Shown: positions 1 through 12,005 of the stretch, one piece after another | Numbering within the stretch: position 1 is the first letter of the stretch | Layout of the letters: each line of letters starts with the position of its first letter | Assembly: GCA_002269645.1 (NCBI GenBank) | Contig: NIVC01000247.1 | Span: 310,001-374,000 of the forward strand | DNA length: 64,000 nucleotides | Direction of reading: 5' to 3' | DNA from: Macrostomum lignano | Taxonomy: Eukaryota | Notes under the pieces: model-generated | Seen by the model: the letters and a program-made list of their open reading frames with translations, nothing else | What the model was told of the DNA's origin: nothing | The model's database searches: none | Program-made: the position numbers and the translations under genes

Positions 1-249
1 TGAGTGTGAACAGCTGGCCCTGGACTGTGCTCAGCCGTCTCATGATGTATTTTTCTTGGAAGCTGAAGCTCACTCTGAGCTCGTTGGTCGAGCTCGGTCT
101 GGTCGCCCGCACGAGGTGAACCTTATCATCGGATCTAAGCAGTTTTTCAATTCTGTCCTCACAGAAACTGCTGCAGCACTCGATCGCATGGCACGTGTCC
201 TGTGCAGGCCGCACGCCGCACGCCGTGGCTGTCACTGCAGGTTGGCTGC
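1..249 (-). CDS. ANK-cGLR paralog A, exon 4 (Mab-21 domain; runs off the window edge)
   Basis: Acceptor ctctgcag|GC, phase 1. Reads SQPAVTATACGVRPAQDTCHAIECC...VHLVRATRPSSTNELRVSFSFQEKYIMRRLSTVQGQLFTL, homologous to 14322-14573. Confidence 0.85.
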
Positions 250-804
250 CTGCAGAGCGCAGTGAGGGGAGAGTCGCTTTGTGGCGAGTAAAAAAGATGG
301 GTTGGTTTGAAAGTGCAGATTTTCTCTTCGCTGGTAGGGAATTTCAAGTGATATCCTCAAGAAAAAAGTATTAGAATTATTTAAGTTACTGTTTCATTGA
401 GACCGTGTTTGTCAATATCAGTATCAGTGCCCCGCAGCAAGGCACCAATCAGTCAGTCAGGGCGGCTTCGGTTTATTTTGTTTGAAATTTTCCAAGTGAG
501 AGCAGCAGCACCTCAGCAGAGCCGTTCCGCCTACCGTGGGTCACTCAAGCACCGCTGCACCCACTCTGCTGGAATCGGAGCCTGTGAATTCAAAACCCAA
601 TTGCCCGGCTCAGCCAGTTGGCATCAGAGTTTTCTTTTCAATTTCGCCTGCCGCTTGTTTCAGCACCCAAGCCGACATTCGCAGTCACAGAAGCTGCTGA
701 AGGCTGGGCGCCACTCGGTTGCGAATTTAAAATTGAGCAAAGTTAATGGGCTTCCAGTTGCATGCGGATCTCAGCATTCTAATGATGAACCCAGCCTCAC
801 TCAC

Positions 805-1169
805 CTGCTCCCGCTGTCACCTGTGCGTGGCCCTCCGTGACCTGAAGCCAAGTGGCGTCTCTGCAGGAGTCCTCATTTCTTTTGCAGCCACCTTTCAGAT
901 GGAACTCTTGCCCATCAACCAGCACAGTCCAGTCAATGTCCGAGTCTGCAGCTGTCCTGCCGTTCACTTGCACCAGACTGTTGGCCCAGCCCTCTGCGTA
1001 GCTGCCCGTCATCTGCCTGCGATCCTGTGTGAGGACTCGAGCGACTCCTTGCAGCCAGTCAGCCAGTTCCTGCTGCCACCATGCACTCTGCTCAGTGAAT
1101 CCCGCAACGCCGAGCAGTAGATACAGCTCCTTGCTCAGGCACCAGTCTTGCCTGTAGTCGTCTGAGAGC
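805..1169 (-). CDS. ANK-cGLR paralog A, exon 3: nucleotidyltransferase N-lobe (GS...DSDID)
   Basis: Acceptor cattccag|G, donor CAG|GTGAGT, 365 nt, phase 2-1. Encodes QMTGSYAEGWANSLVQVNGRTAADSDIDW. Confidence 0.85.
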
Positions 1170-1224
1170 CTGGAATGATGCGAGATGGGTGTGGGTGACT
1201 TGCTCAGAGTTGGATGGACAGAAC

Positions 1225-1613
1225 AAGCAGGAGAGCTGAGAGTGCAGCTGCTGCAGCACTCAGACTGGCATCTCAAGCAGGAGAGCTCAGAGTGCAGCTG
1301 CTGCAGCACTCAGACTGGCATCTCAAGCAGGAGAGCTGAGAGTGCAGCTGCTGCAGCACTCAGACTGGCATCTCAAGCAGGATAGCTTAGAGTGCAGCTG
1401 CTGCAGCACTCAGACTGGCATCTCAAGCAGGAGAGCTGAGAGTGCAGCTGCTGCAGCACTCAGACTGGCATCTCAAGCAGGAGAGCTGAGAGTGCAGCTG
1501 CTGCAGCACTCAGACTGGCATCTCAAGCAGGAGAGCTGAGAGTGCAGCTGCTGCAGCACTCAGACTGGCATCTCAAGCAGGAGAGCTGAGAGTGCAGCTG
1601 CTGCAGCACTCAG
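1225..1613. repeat. 50-bp intronic minisatellite, about 7.7 copies
   Basis: Unit gagagctgagagtgcagctgctgcagcactcagactggcatctcaagcag. Confidence 0.95.
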
Positions 1614-1720
1614 TCCAACCCAATCTCAACCCTTCTGAGTTTCGCTGCAATTTCTGCCCCAAGCTGCCAGCCTGTTGGAAGGCGCAATGCGGCAGCGAAA
1701 GCCGAACCAGGCAGACTCAC

Positions 1721-1774
1721 CGATGAGGGTCCGAATCCAGGCGATGAGCGGCTGCCTGCCGGGCCTCTGGGCTT
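1721..1774 (-). CDS. ANK-cGLR paralog A, exon 2 (54-nt linker, GSPEARQAAAHRLDSDPHR)
   Basis: Acceptor ctttcctttccgcattgcag|, donor CG|GTGAGT, phase 2-2, no stops. Conserved in paralog B, with 3 of the 5 changed codons synonymous. Confidence 0.8.
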
Positions 1775-2464
1775 CTGCAATGCGGAAAGGAAAGCCCGGG
1801 TTCTCAGCAGTTGAGTCTGAGATTCTCATGCGGTGAACATCAATTCATTGTGTCCGAAACTCCGATTGTATTTTTACCACGTAGCACTCGGGTCCCTCAT
1901 CTTTATTAAAATACAGCGCTTTTCTGGTAGAAAAATATGAAAAAGCGGAATTACAGGCGGGCAGAAGCAAGTGACCGAGAGAAAGCAGGCATGAGCAAGA
2001 GAAGCCGATCGCCCCTGGCCGGATGAGCGAATTCGGCTCGGCTGCTCCTCCTCTGCAAGCGGGGATTTTGGTGCCCACTGCGTTTCATTTATATCGCTAG
2101 AGCTTCACTTCATTATATTTCGCCGTTTCGCGACGTGGGACTCCGCGATTGTGAACGAATGGCCAATGAAGTAAAAACTAGAAATTGTGATTTCTTCAGC
2201 CAGCAAACCGAAAAAGGCTATTTTCATTGTAAATTTAAGAAAACTTTTGTTTTTTATTCAAGCTTTTATTATTTATCACAGAAGCTCGATTCACTCCTTT
2301 ATCTTTATATTTATCTTATCTTTATATTATCTTTAGTCTTCATTTAGCCTCTTCTTCTAAAACTAAATATGCAAATATGTTTTCTAACTGAAGCATTTAA
2401 ACTAGAGTTTTCAAAGAAATTACAGATTTTTTTGCTAAATCATGAACACGATCGCCTCACTCAC

Positions 2465-5400
2465 CCCGCTCCACTCGGATCCAGCACCCGCAGCACCTGC
2501 CGCTGCTCAAATCGTTCTGCCACCTGCGCACACGTCAGACCCCGACCGTCTCGATGACTCGCATCCGCTCCTCTGTCCATCAGAGCCTTGGCTGCTCGCG
2601 CGTGACCGGCTTCGCACGCTCGTGACAGAGCAGTCCGACCCTGACTGTCTTCAGCACGCACTGACGCACCGAGATCGATGAGTTTCTCAATGAGCTCGTG
2701 ATGACCTGCATCAGCTGCCAGCATGAGAGCAGTGGCTCCAGTGCTGTCTGGCAGATCGACATGCTCTGCGCTGACTCGCTTATCATTGATCAGTGTGACA
2801 GCAAGAGCGACGTGTCTTTGAGAGATGGAGAGACGGAGCAGCTGTGTGATGTGAGCTGGCTGCATTCGAGAGAGGGTGTCGGTGAGAACAGAGTTCCTGC
2901 CTTCGATGGCCATTGCTGCAGTGAAGCTGAGGATGGTGCTGGATTGGAAGAGCCAATCGGGCTCGAGGCCGAAGGAGGCAACGGCATAATCGTGAAGACG
3001 AGAGCAAGCGTTGACTGCGTATTGGAAACGGAGATTCGCTACCTGATCCGGACTTGAGAGACACGAGATGGACTCGACGACTTCTGAGTGACCAAATATT
3101 GTAGCAAATTTGGCAGCGTTGATGCAGCAGCGATCTCTGTCTGCTTGGTCAGCGACTTGTGACACGAAAAACTTGACGACTTCCCACTGACCCTTTCTTG
3201 CAGCAGATTCGGCAGCTTCGATGCAGCAGCGATCTCTGTTTGCTTGGTCAGTGATTTGTGGCACGAGAAACTTGACAACTTCCCACTGACCCTTTCTTGC
3301 AGCAGATTCGGCAGCGTCGATGCAGCAGCGATCTCTGTTTGCTTGGTCAGCGAGTTTTGTCACGAGAAACTTGACGAGTTCCCACTGACCCTTTTCTACA
3401 GCATATTTGGCAGCGTTGATGCAGCAGCGATCTCTGTTTCCTTGGTCAGCGACTTGTGGCACGAGAAACTTAACGACTTCCCACTGATCATTTCTTGCAG
3501 CAGATTCGGCAGCGTTGATGCAGCACTGATCTCTGTTTGCTTGGTCAGCGACTTGTGGCACGAGAAACTTGATGACTTCTAATTGACCCTTTCTTGCAGC
3601 AGATTCGGCAGCGTCAAAGCAGCACTGATCTCTGTTTGCTTGGTTAGCGATTTGTGGCACGAAGAACTTGACGACTTCTAATTGACCCTTTCTTGCAGCA
3701 GATTCGGCAGCGTCGATGCAGCAGCGATCTCTGTTTCCTTGGTCAGCGACTTGTGGCACGAGAAACTTGACGAATTCCCACTGACCCTTTTCTACAGCAT
3801 ATTTGGCAGCGTTGATGCAGCAGCGATCTCTGTTTCCTTGGTCAGCGACTTGTGGCACGAGAAACTTAACGACTTCCCACTGATCATTTATTGCAGCAGA
3901 TTCGGCAGCTTTGATGCAGCACTGATCTCTGTTTGCTTGGTCAGCGACTTGTGGCACGAGAAACTTAACGACTTCCCACTGATCATTTATTGCAGCAGAT
4001 TCGGCAGCTTTGATGCAGCACTGATCTCTGTTTGCTTGGTCAGCGATTTGTGGCACGAGAAACTTGACGACTTCTAATTGACCCTTTCTTGCAGCAGATT
4101 CGGCAGCGTCGATGCAGCAGCGATCTCTGTTTCGTTGGTCAGCGACTTGTGGCACGAGAAATTTAACGACTTCCCACTGACGAAATATTGTAGCAGATTC
4201 AGCAGCTTTGATGCAGCAGCGATCTCTGTTTGCTTGGTCAGCGACTTGTGGCACGAGAAACTTGACGACTTCTAATTGACCCTTTCCTGCAGCAGATTCG
4301 GCAGCTTCGATGCAGCAGCGATCTCTGTTTGCTTGGTCAGTCATTTGTGGCACGAGAAACTTGACGACTTCTAATTGACCCTTTCCTGCAGCAGATTCGG
4401 CACCTTCGATGCAGCAGCGATCTCTGTTTGCTTGGTCAGTCATTTGTGGCACGAGAAACTTGACGACTTCTAATTGACCCTTTCTTGCAGCAGATTCGGC
4501 AGCGTCGATGCAGCAGCGATCTCTGTTTCGTTGGTCAGCGACTTGTGGCACGAGAAATTTAACGACTTCCCACTGACGAAATATTGTAGCAGATTCAGCA
4601 GCTTTGATGCAGCAGCGATCTCTGTTTGCTTGGTCAGCGACTTGTGGCACGAGAAACTTGACGACTTCTAATTGACCCTTTCCTGCAGCAGATTCGGCAG
4701 CTTCGATGCAGCAGCGATCTCTGTTTGCTTGGTCAGTCATTTGTGGCACGAGAAACTTGACGAGTTCCCACTGACCATTTTCTACAGCATATTTGGCAGC
4801 GTTGATGCAGCAGCGATCTCTGTTTGCTTGGTCAGCGATTTGTGGCACGAGAAATTTAACGACTTCCCACTGACGAAATATTGTAGCAGATTCAGCAGCT
4901 TTGATGCAGAACTGATCTCTGTTTGCTTGGTCAGCGATTTGTGGCACGAGAAACTTGATGACTTCTGAGTCACCAAATTTTGCAGCAAATTTGGCAGCGT
5001 CGAAGCAGCAGCGATCTCTGTTTGCTTGGTCAGCGATTTGTGGCACGAGAAACTTGACGACTTCTAAGTGACCATTTGTTGCTGCAGATTCGGCAGCGTC
5101 GATGAAGCAGCGATCTCTGTTTGCTTGGTCAGCGATTTGTGGCACGAGAAACTTGACGACTTCTAATTGACCCTTTCTTGCAGCAGATTCGGCAGCGTCG
5201 ATGCAGCAGCGATCTCTGTCTGCTTGGTCAGCGATTTGTGGCACGAGAAATTTAACGACTTCCCACTGACGAAATATTGTAGCAGATTCAGCAGCTTTGA
5301 TGCAGCAGCGATCTCTGTTTTCTTGGTCAGCGATTTGTGGCACGAGAAACTTGATGACTTCTGAGTCACCAAATTTTGCAGCAAATTTGGCAGCGTGGAA

Positions 5401-5691
5401 GCAGCAGCGATCTCTGTTTCCTTGGTCAGTGATTTGTGGCACGAGAAACTTGACGACTTCTAATTGACCCTTTCTTGCAGCAGATTCGGCAGCGTTGATG
5501 CAGCAATGATCTCTGTTTGCTTGGTCAGAAATTTTCCGCACGAGTGACTCGACGTCTTCAAAGTGGCTATTTGTTGCAGCATCTGCAGTAGCTTGTACGG
5601 CTTGTAATTGTCCGTCTTGTGCAGCCCCTCGATCGTTTTGTGAGATTTCGCTGCTGGTGACGACACGATTCCCGCTTTGGTTTTGGTCCAT
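2465..5691 (-). CDS. ANK-cGLR paralog A, exon 1: 25 x 33-aa ankyrin-like cassettes plus canonical C-terminal ankyrin repeats
   Basis: ATG at 5691 (ataATGG). 25 repeats of consensus DQANRDRCCIDAAESAARKGQLEVVKFLVPQVA, then DSTGATALMLAADAGHHELIEKLIDLGAS / DSQGRTALSRACEAGH. The apparent TGA stop lies inside a GG|GTGAGT donor (phase 2) at 2464. Confidence 0.88.
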
Positions 5692-5742
5692 TATGCCAAA
5701 GAACCGTGTTAAAGTGCGAATAAAGACTGTAAAGAAGGCAAG

Positions 5743-6104
5743 GGCTGCTGTTACAGTGGCAGATGTGAGTCACGGCTGCTGTCAGAGTGGCAGATGTCAG
5801 TCACGGCTGCTGTCAGAGTGGCAGATGTCAGTCACGGCTGCTGTCAGAGTGGCAGATGTCAGTCACGGCTGCTGTCAGAGTGGCAGATGTCAGTCACGGC
5901 TGCTGTCAGAGTGGCAGGTGTCAGTCACGGCTGCTGTCAGAGTGGCAGATGTGAGTCACGGCTGCTGTCAGAGTGGCAGATGTGAGTCACGGCTGCTGTC
6001 AGAGTGGCAGATGTGAGTCACGGCTGCTGTCAGAGTGGCAGATGTCAGTCACGGCTGCTGTCAGAGTGGCAGATGTCAGTCACGGCTGCTGTCAGAGTGG
6101 CAGG
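5743..6104. repeat. 31-bp minisatellite, about 11 copies, just upstream of the paralog A ATG
   Basis: Unit cacggctgctgtcagagtggcagatgtcagt; only about 2 copies at 21617-21678. Confidence 0.95.
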
Positions 6105-6997
6105 TGTTTCAAAGATTTGTGCAGCCGGTTGCCAGAAAGATTTTACCGCCTCATCTCTCAGCTGCCCGCCCTTTTGCAGCCTCTGGCGAGGCCGACCACC
6201 CCTGAGCAGTCGAAACTTCTCTCCCGAGCATGAGCGCTGAGTCCACCGCCTTCGCCTCTGTGCACCCAGCATGGCAACGGAGAGGCTGCGGCTGCAGCGG
6301 CCACCCCAAGCTGTACTTGATGAGGCTGAGCTGACCCATTGTGCCTCAGTGCAGTGTGAGATCTTTAAATGCATTTAATGGCCCACTGAGCGGTGTAAAA
6401 TGCTGCTCAGTACCGCAGTGCATCGGTTTGAGGAGGGGGTCGAATGTACAGAAAATGCATTGTTAAACTGGGCCAGTTTTCTCTCTCACTCTGCCCACTG
6501 GCCTTCTTAACTGCAGCAGCTGCAGAGCATCAGTTGCATAGCAACAGGTCTCTGGCTCTCTCCCGACTCTCCTATGCTTTCACCTGCTTCTCTCGTGCGC
6601 ATCTCAGGCAGTTGAGAGTCTGCTGGGTTGAGTTTGGCGAGTGCATTTAGCAGCAATAATTGAAATTCTTTCGCTTTTCTGCAGAAGCCTCTCATCACTG
6701 CCGCTCCTTCTGTTTCATGTTTTGAACAGGTGGCAACCGGCCTCTGTTGCAGGACTTGGCTTGCAATTGGGCAAGCAGAAAATTGCAGTGACGATTTGAT
6801 TTTTCGAAAATCGAATAAATAATTAATCTATAAATTCTATTCATATTTGCCAGGTAGCGCAGTCGCTATGAACAGCATTCAGTAAACGATCAATGAAGAA
6901 TCAATGAACAGTCTTTGTTGAAGTCTTGGGCCACTAAGCCATTGGGACCCGTCAGTGTAAGGAACTCTATCGTATCTTCCTGGTAATCCGGGTAGGA

Positions 6998-7395
6998 TAC
7001 AGTCACCATCCCTACAGTCACCATCCCTACAGTCACCATCCCTACAGTCACCATCCCTACAGTCCCCATCCCTACAGTCACCATCCCTACAGTCAGCATC
7101 CCTACAGTCACCATCCCTGCAGTCACTATCCCTACAGTCCCCATCCCTACAGTCACCATCCCTACAGTCAGCATCCCTGCAGTCACCATCCCTACAGTCA
7201 CCATCCCTACAGTCACCATCCCTACATTCACCATCCCTACAGTCCCCATCCCTACAGTCACCATCCCTACAGTCAGCATTCCTACAGTCAGAATCCCTAC
7301 AGTCACCATCCCTACAGTCACCATCCCTACAGTCCCCATCTCTACAGTCACCATCCCTACAGTCAGCATTCCTACAGTCAGAATCCCTATAGTCT
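6998..7395. repeat. 18-bp minisatellite (cagtcaccatccctacag family), about 22 copies
   Basis: Direct inspection; same family as 22333-23148. Confidence 0.95.
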
Positions 7396-8257
7396 ACAGT
7401 CTGGTGACTCACTCTGCAGTGACTGTGAGCTGATTCATATCTTCAATGTTTGCGAATTCAAAGCTTCCGTCACCTGTAAATGAAATTGAGCACTATAATG
7501 ACTTTAGAGACAGTATTGATTCTGCCTTGCGAAAATTAATGAGGCCGCACTTTTCCCAATCTTACAATCGGGTTCCCAACTTCTTCTCTATTGCTTTTTA
7601 TTGGCTGGGTAAGGATTTTTCTCCTTTATTTATTCTGGGATTTTCTTTTTTCCATTGTCTGGGTCTTGCTGCATTTCTGTGACATCTGCTTTTGTTGAGT
7701 TGCTTACCTGTCACTTTTGAGATATAATCACCTCCCTGTCCTTTTGAGATATGATCACCTACCTGTCCTTTTGAGATATGATCACCTACCTGTCACCTAA
7801 TGTATGATTACATACCTGTCAATTTGGTGCCAAAGTATGGGGAGGTGATCTTAAGCCAATATGTTTGTCAATATTTGTCAGTTTTGTGATTCACAATCGA
7901 CTGGCTGTTATTCTTTGGCTCCGAAAATTCTAATATTTTGACCTTAGTTCGCTTTTCCAGTTCTATTAAAGATTTTTAGTCAGATCTCATGACCGCCGAC
8001 GTGTCTTGAAGACTCACCTTGTTTGCCAGCTTTCCCTCAGTTTTATGATTTATAACCGCATCTGTCATGTCCCACGGTGTCCGAGAGATTTGAAGGTTTT
8101 GAGCTCAGCCAATCAGAGTCGAGCTGGTCATCCCAATCAGATCAGAAAACCCGACGCTTGACATGACAAACAGGCAGCTGGAAATAACCAAGACGTTAGT
8201 CTTCACCCCTACGTTATCGAGTTGGCGACTGAGTGTCCATGGATCACCTCAGCTTCA

Positions 8258-9168
8258 CGGGCGAGACAGAGCGAGGGCGAGACAGAGCGAGGGCGAGACA
8301 GAGCGAGGGCGAGACAGAGCGAGGGCGAGACAGAGCGAGGGCGAGACAGAGCGAGGGCGAGACAGAGCGAGGGCGAGACAGAGCGAGGGCGAGACAGAGC
8401 GAGGGCGAGACAGAGCGAGGGCGAGACAGAGCGAGGGCGAGACAGAGCGAGGGCGAGACAGAGCGAGGGCGAGACAGAGCGAGGGCGAGACAGAGCGAGG
8501 GCGAGACAGAGCGAGGGCGAGACAGAGCGAGGGCGAGACAGAGCGAGGGCGAGACAGAGCGAGGGCGAGACAGAGCGAGGGCGAGACAGAGCGAGGGCGA
8601 GACAGAGCGAGGGCGAGACAGAGCGAGGGCGAGACAGAGCGAGGGCGAGACAGAGCGAGGGCGAGACAGAGCGAGGGCGAGACAGAGCGAGGGCGAGACA
8701 GAGCGAGGGCGAGACAGAGCGAGGGCGAGACAGAGCGAGGGCGAGACAGAGCGAGGGCGAGACAGAGCGAGGGCGAGACAGAGCGAGGGCGAGACAGAGC
8801 GAGGGCGAGACAGAGCGAGGGCGAGACAGAGCGCCAGAGGCGCCAGCACCAGAGGCGCCAGCACCAGAGGCGCCAGCACCAGAGGCGCCAGCACCAGAGG
8901 CGCCAGCACCAGAGGCGCCAGCACCAGAGGCGCCAGCACCAGAGGCGCCAGCACCAGAGGCGCCAGCACCAGAGGCGCCAGCGCCAGAGGCGCCAGCGCC
9001 AGAGGCGCCAGCACCAGAGGCGCCAGCACCAGAGGCGCCAGCACCAGAGGCGCCAGCACCAGAGGCGCCAGCACCAGAGGCGCCAGCACCAGAGGCGCCA
9101 GCACCAGAGGCGCCAGCACCAGAGGCGCCAGCACCAGAGGCGCCAGCACCAGAGGCGCCAGCACCAGG
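8258..9168. repeat. Abutting 16-bp (ggcgagacagagcgag, about 36x) and 15-bp (agaggcgccagcacc, about 22x) minisatellites
   Basis: Near-perfect arrays with a switch at about 8833. Confidence 0.95.
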
Positions 9169-9282
9169 CGCCTTCCAGTTTCTTCCGAAAATGGAAGAAA
9201 CACGAAAGCTCATAAAGTTTTATGCTGCAGAACTGCAATTGGATTGTTAGCAAAATATAAAATTACCATTTATTCTAACCAG

Positions 9283-9527
9283 ATGAAAACATTTCGAAGA
9301 AGCTGGCAGCCGCATCGATGCCCAACATGAGCAGCGCTCAGAGCTCCATCACTCACAGAAGTTTCCCAGCCAGAGTTGAATTCGAGTGCACCGCCGCCTG
9401 CCACAGCAGCCCGAGCTGCCTGGGCAGCGCCTTCTCGCCGTCAGGCCGCATGTGCCGCCTGCTGAAGTTCCACGCTGTGCCCGAGGAGTTGGCCAACGAG
9501 TTCGAGTACGTCTGGATGAAGCCGTGA
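9283..9527 (+). CDS. Orphan terminal exon with a PAN/apple-like Cys pattern
   Basis: FECTAACHSSPSCLGSAFSPSGRMCRLL fits the C-x3-C-x4-C...F...C-x-L apple motif. GC-rich, with a candidate acceptor ttctaaccag| at about 9282. No upstream exons found. Confidence 0.4.
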
Positions 9528-10084
9528 GGCTGGGAGCAGCCAGCAGCTGCCGGAATGGAATTGATTGCAATAACTAGCCAATCAGAACTCTGGGATTGTT
9601 GAACGAACAACTTTAAACTGACTTTATTGCTGGATTAGAATTCTCTTCTATGACGCAATATTTCTGCTTGGAATGGGTCTGAAGCATTGATTTTTTCAAT
9701 TTCAGTGGAACTCAACGAGGCTGGAATCTATCTGATATCTATATATATATATATGTCTATGGCTGGGCTGCATCCAACTCAACCTCCATCTGCACCTGCA
9801 CCTGTATCTGACTCTATGGTTGTGCTGCATCCAACTCAACCTCCATCTGCACCTGCACCTGTATCTGACTCCATGGCTGGGCTGCATCCAACTCAACCAA
9901 TGCGAAAGCCCCCCCTGAACCCCGCTACTCTTGACAGGGCAGTGCGGACCCCCTAAAAACTGGCTAGTTCAGTGCTTCCCGGTTACACTTCATCAGAGGC
10001 TGCATCATTCCCACTCTAAACTCTAAAGACAAAATAGTGATCCAACAATCAACAAAACTTTGCAACTGCAAAATGAACTCATAG

Positions 10085-11334
10085 TTACTCTACTAATTTG
10101 CCGCCGAGGTCAACGCACTTCTGCCAGCGGTGCACCCACGCCTCAAAGGCAGGGCTGCAACCGCCGATGGCCAGATGCCGGAGAGCTGATGAAGCACTGT
10201 TATTAATCTGTTCCACCGAGGCAAAACGTTTACCACGAAGACTCTCCTTCATCCTTGGGAAAACGTAGAAGTCCGCCGGAGCCAAGTCAGGCGAATAGCG
10301 CGGCTGATGCAGAACTTCCCAGTCCCAGGACTCCAGGAAGCTCTTCCACTCTTCTGGCGTGGTGCACAGGCGCATTGTCGTGATGAAAAATGACGCCTCT
10401 CTCCAGCAAGCCAGGTCGCTTCTTTCTGATCGCCGGTCGCAGTTTCTCCTGCAGAATCCATTTGTAATATTCGGCCTTCACCTTGGTACCGACTGGCACA
10501 GGCCAGTCCACCAGAATGCCATGGACGTCGAAGAAGATGATGTGCATCACCTTTGTTGAACTCTGCTTGCGCTGCACCTACTCCGTGCTTGCTGATTCCC
10601 TTGGAAGCCACTGTGCTGACTGGCGCTTCAGCTCAGGATCCCATTCGTAGACCCAAGTCTCATCTCCTGTCACAATCCTGCTGAGGAAGTCGTTGCCTTC
10701 TCGATGAAATCGACGAAGCTGCTCTCTGGACAGCCTCACCCGCTCCTCCATCTGCTCTTCTGTCAGCAGGTGGGGCACCCATTTGGCGAAGATCTTCTGC
10801 ATGCCCAAGTTCTCAGTTAGAATGCGATGCACCGTGCTGTGGGGAATGTCTAGAATTTCCTCGAGCTCAGCGCAAGTGAGCCTGCTGTACTCTGTCACGG
10901 CATCCTTCACACGCTCGGCATTTGCGTCGGTTGTTGCTGTTCTCGGCCTTCCGGAGCGCTCTTCATCTTCCATGCACAGCCTCCCTCCCTGGACCTCACG
11001 AACCCACTTGCGCGTTGTCTGAATTGATGGAGCTTCCTCTCTCAAAACGTCTCCAAGCTCTTCATGAATTGCAGTTGCCGATTTTCCAGCCAAAACTCCA
11101 AACTTGATGATGTTCCGAACGTCAAACCGAGTGAACGAAGCTGACGCGGCCATCTTTGCAAAGTCTATTTGATTTAAGTGATGCTCTGCAGCTTGTGAGC
11201 TTGACAGCACTCTGAAACTTGTCATTCTTCTTTACCATAGACTATAGGTTAGTAAATGGCTAGTGTCTCCTGTCCAAGATGCTATTAATAAATTTTATAC
11301 AATAGCGAAACTTTCCTATGGGATAGCCCTCGTA
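10085..11334 (-). mobile_element. Defective Tc1/mariner (D,D34D mariner) DNA transposon
   Basis: ATG at 11153. Motifs RSGRP, KWVPHLLT, IVTGDETW, HHDNA, YSPDLAPAD, with 34 aa between the last two Asp after frame repair. In-frame TAG at 10578-10580 and a +1 frameshift near 10340. One TIR-like end, TA-CGAGGGCTATCCC, at 11320-11334; no clear opposite TIR. Confidence 0.93.
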
Positions 11335-11387
11335 GATCGCTTTAACGGACACAGAAAAAAAATAAATAATCAACTTAGGATTAATTA

Positions 11388-11730
11388 GTTGCGACGCGTT
11401 TCTATCAACTCAGATCCTTCTCACGCGATGTGAAGTTAAAGTTTTATTGGAAACACGAACGAAGTGGATTACGTAATGGGTGAATTAAAACAGTTGTACT
11501 AAAAGTTTTCAAGTACATTAGAACAGGATCAATTAAACAAACAAGTGTCAGCAAAGTCAACGATACAAATCGGAATGCGAGAGTGCAGGTGCACCCCCTC
11601 TCTAAAATACTCGGAGTAAATGACGGCCCACAACTATGCACACTTTGAGTGCTGAGCTTTGGATTGAACTTCTTAATGTACATGGCTTCCACAATGCTCA
11701 GTTTGTGCTCAGAACTGCGTTTGTCTTAAG
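11388..11730 (-). mobile_element. Penelope-like retroelement 3' relic (GIY-YIG C-terminus)
   Basis: Minus-strand peptide KLSIVEAMYIKKFNPKLSTQ resembles the L-x-I-x-E-A-x-x-I-x4-P-x-L-N-x-Q tail of PLE endonucleases. AATAAA and a degenerate hammerhead-like GAAACGCGTC lie downstream. Confidence 0.5.
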
Positions 11731-12005
11731 CGTCTTAAATGTCTTACATATCTTAACGTCTTAAATGGTTAAGAGGCATTTAGAGAATCCTATGAAAGAA
11801 GCAGCGGTCTGCTCCGCGTGCTTTTTGACCAAAGCTCAATTTCGATCTACAAATCGAAACCTACAATTGTTTCGTGATCACGGCTCAAATTCACCAGAGA
11901 CCGTTGGGACTGAACACAATAGAGAGAATCAAGATAATCGGTATGCTCGTAGTCAGCGAAACCGCAGTAGACTCGGCCAGGAGAAACGGGGAGAGGACTG
12001 GATAA

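Larger units (their letters stand above)
1..6830. repeat. Segmental/tandem duplication unit A (homologous to 14322-22320)
   Basis: Position 1 aligns to 14322; exons, intron blocks and about 1 kb of upstream sequence are colinear. Confidence 0.92.

Noticed and set aside
3244-5364. Series of plus-strand ORFs (MTLSCSRFGSVDAAAISV...) and similar ones at 17949-21462
   Set aside because: Antisense shadows of the 99-bp ankyrin array; periodic stops and no independent coding signal.
6879-7412. DGDCRD hexapeptide-repeat ORF resembling a Ca-binding or biomineral protein (also 22222-23271)
   Set aside because: Several frames are open because of the 18-bp repeat; no splice or start context; copy number and flanks differ between duplicates.
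8163-9330. 300+ aa ORFs open in all six frames
   Set aside because: Produced by stop-free 16-bp and 15-bp minisatellites.
9961-10000. Minus-strand CTGATGA-AGTG...CACT-GAAC hammerhead-like string
   Set aside because: GAAC instead of GAAA and no stem I/III pairing.
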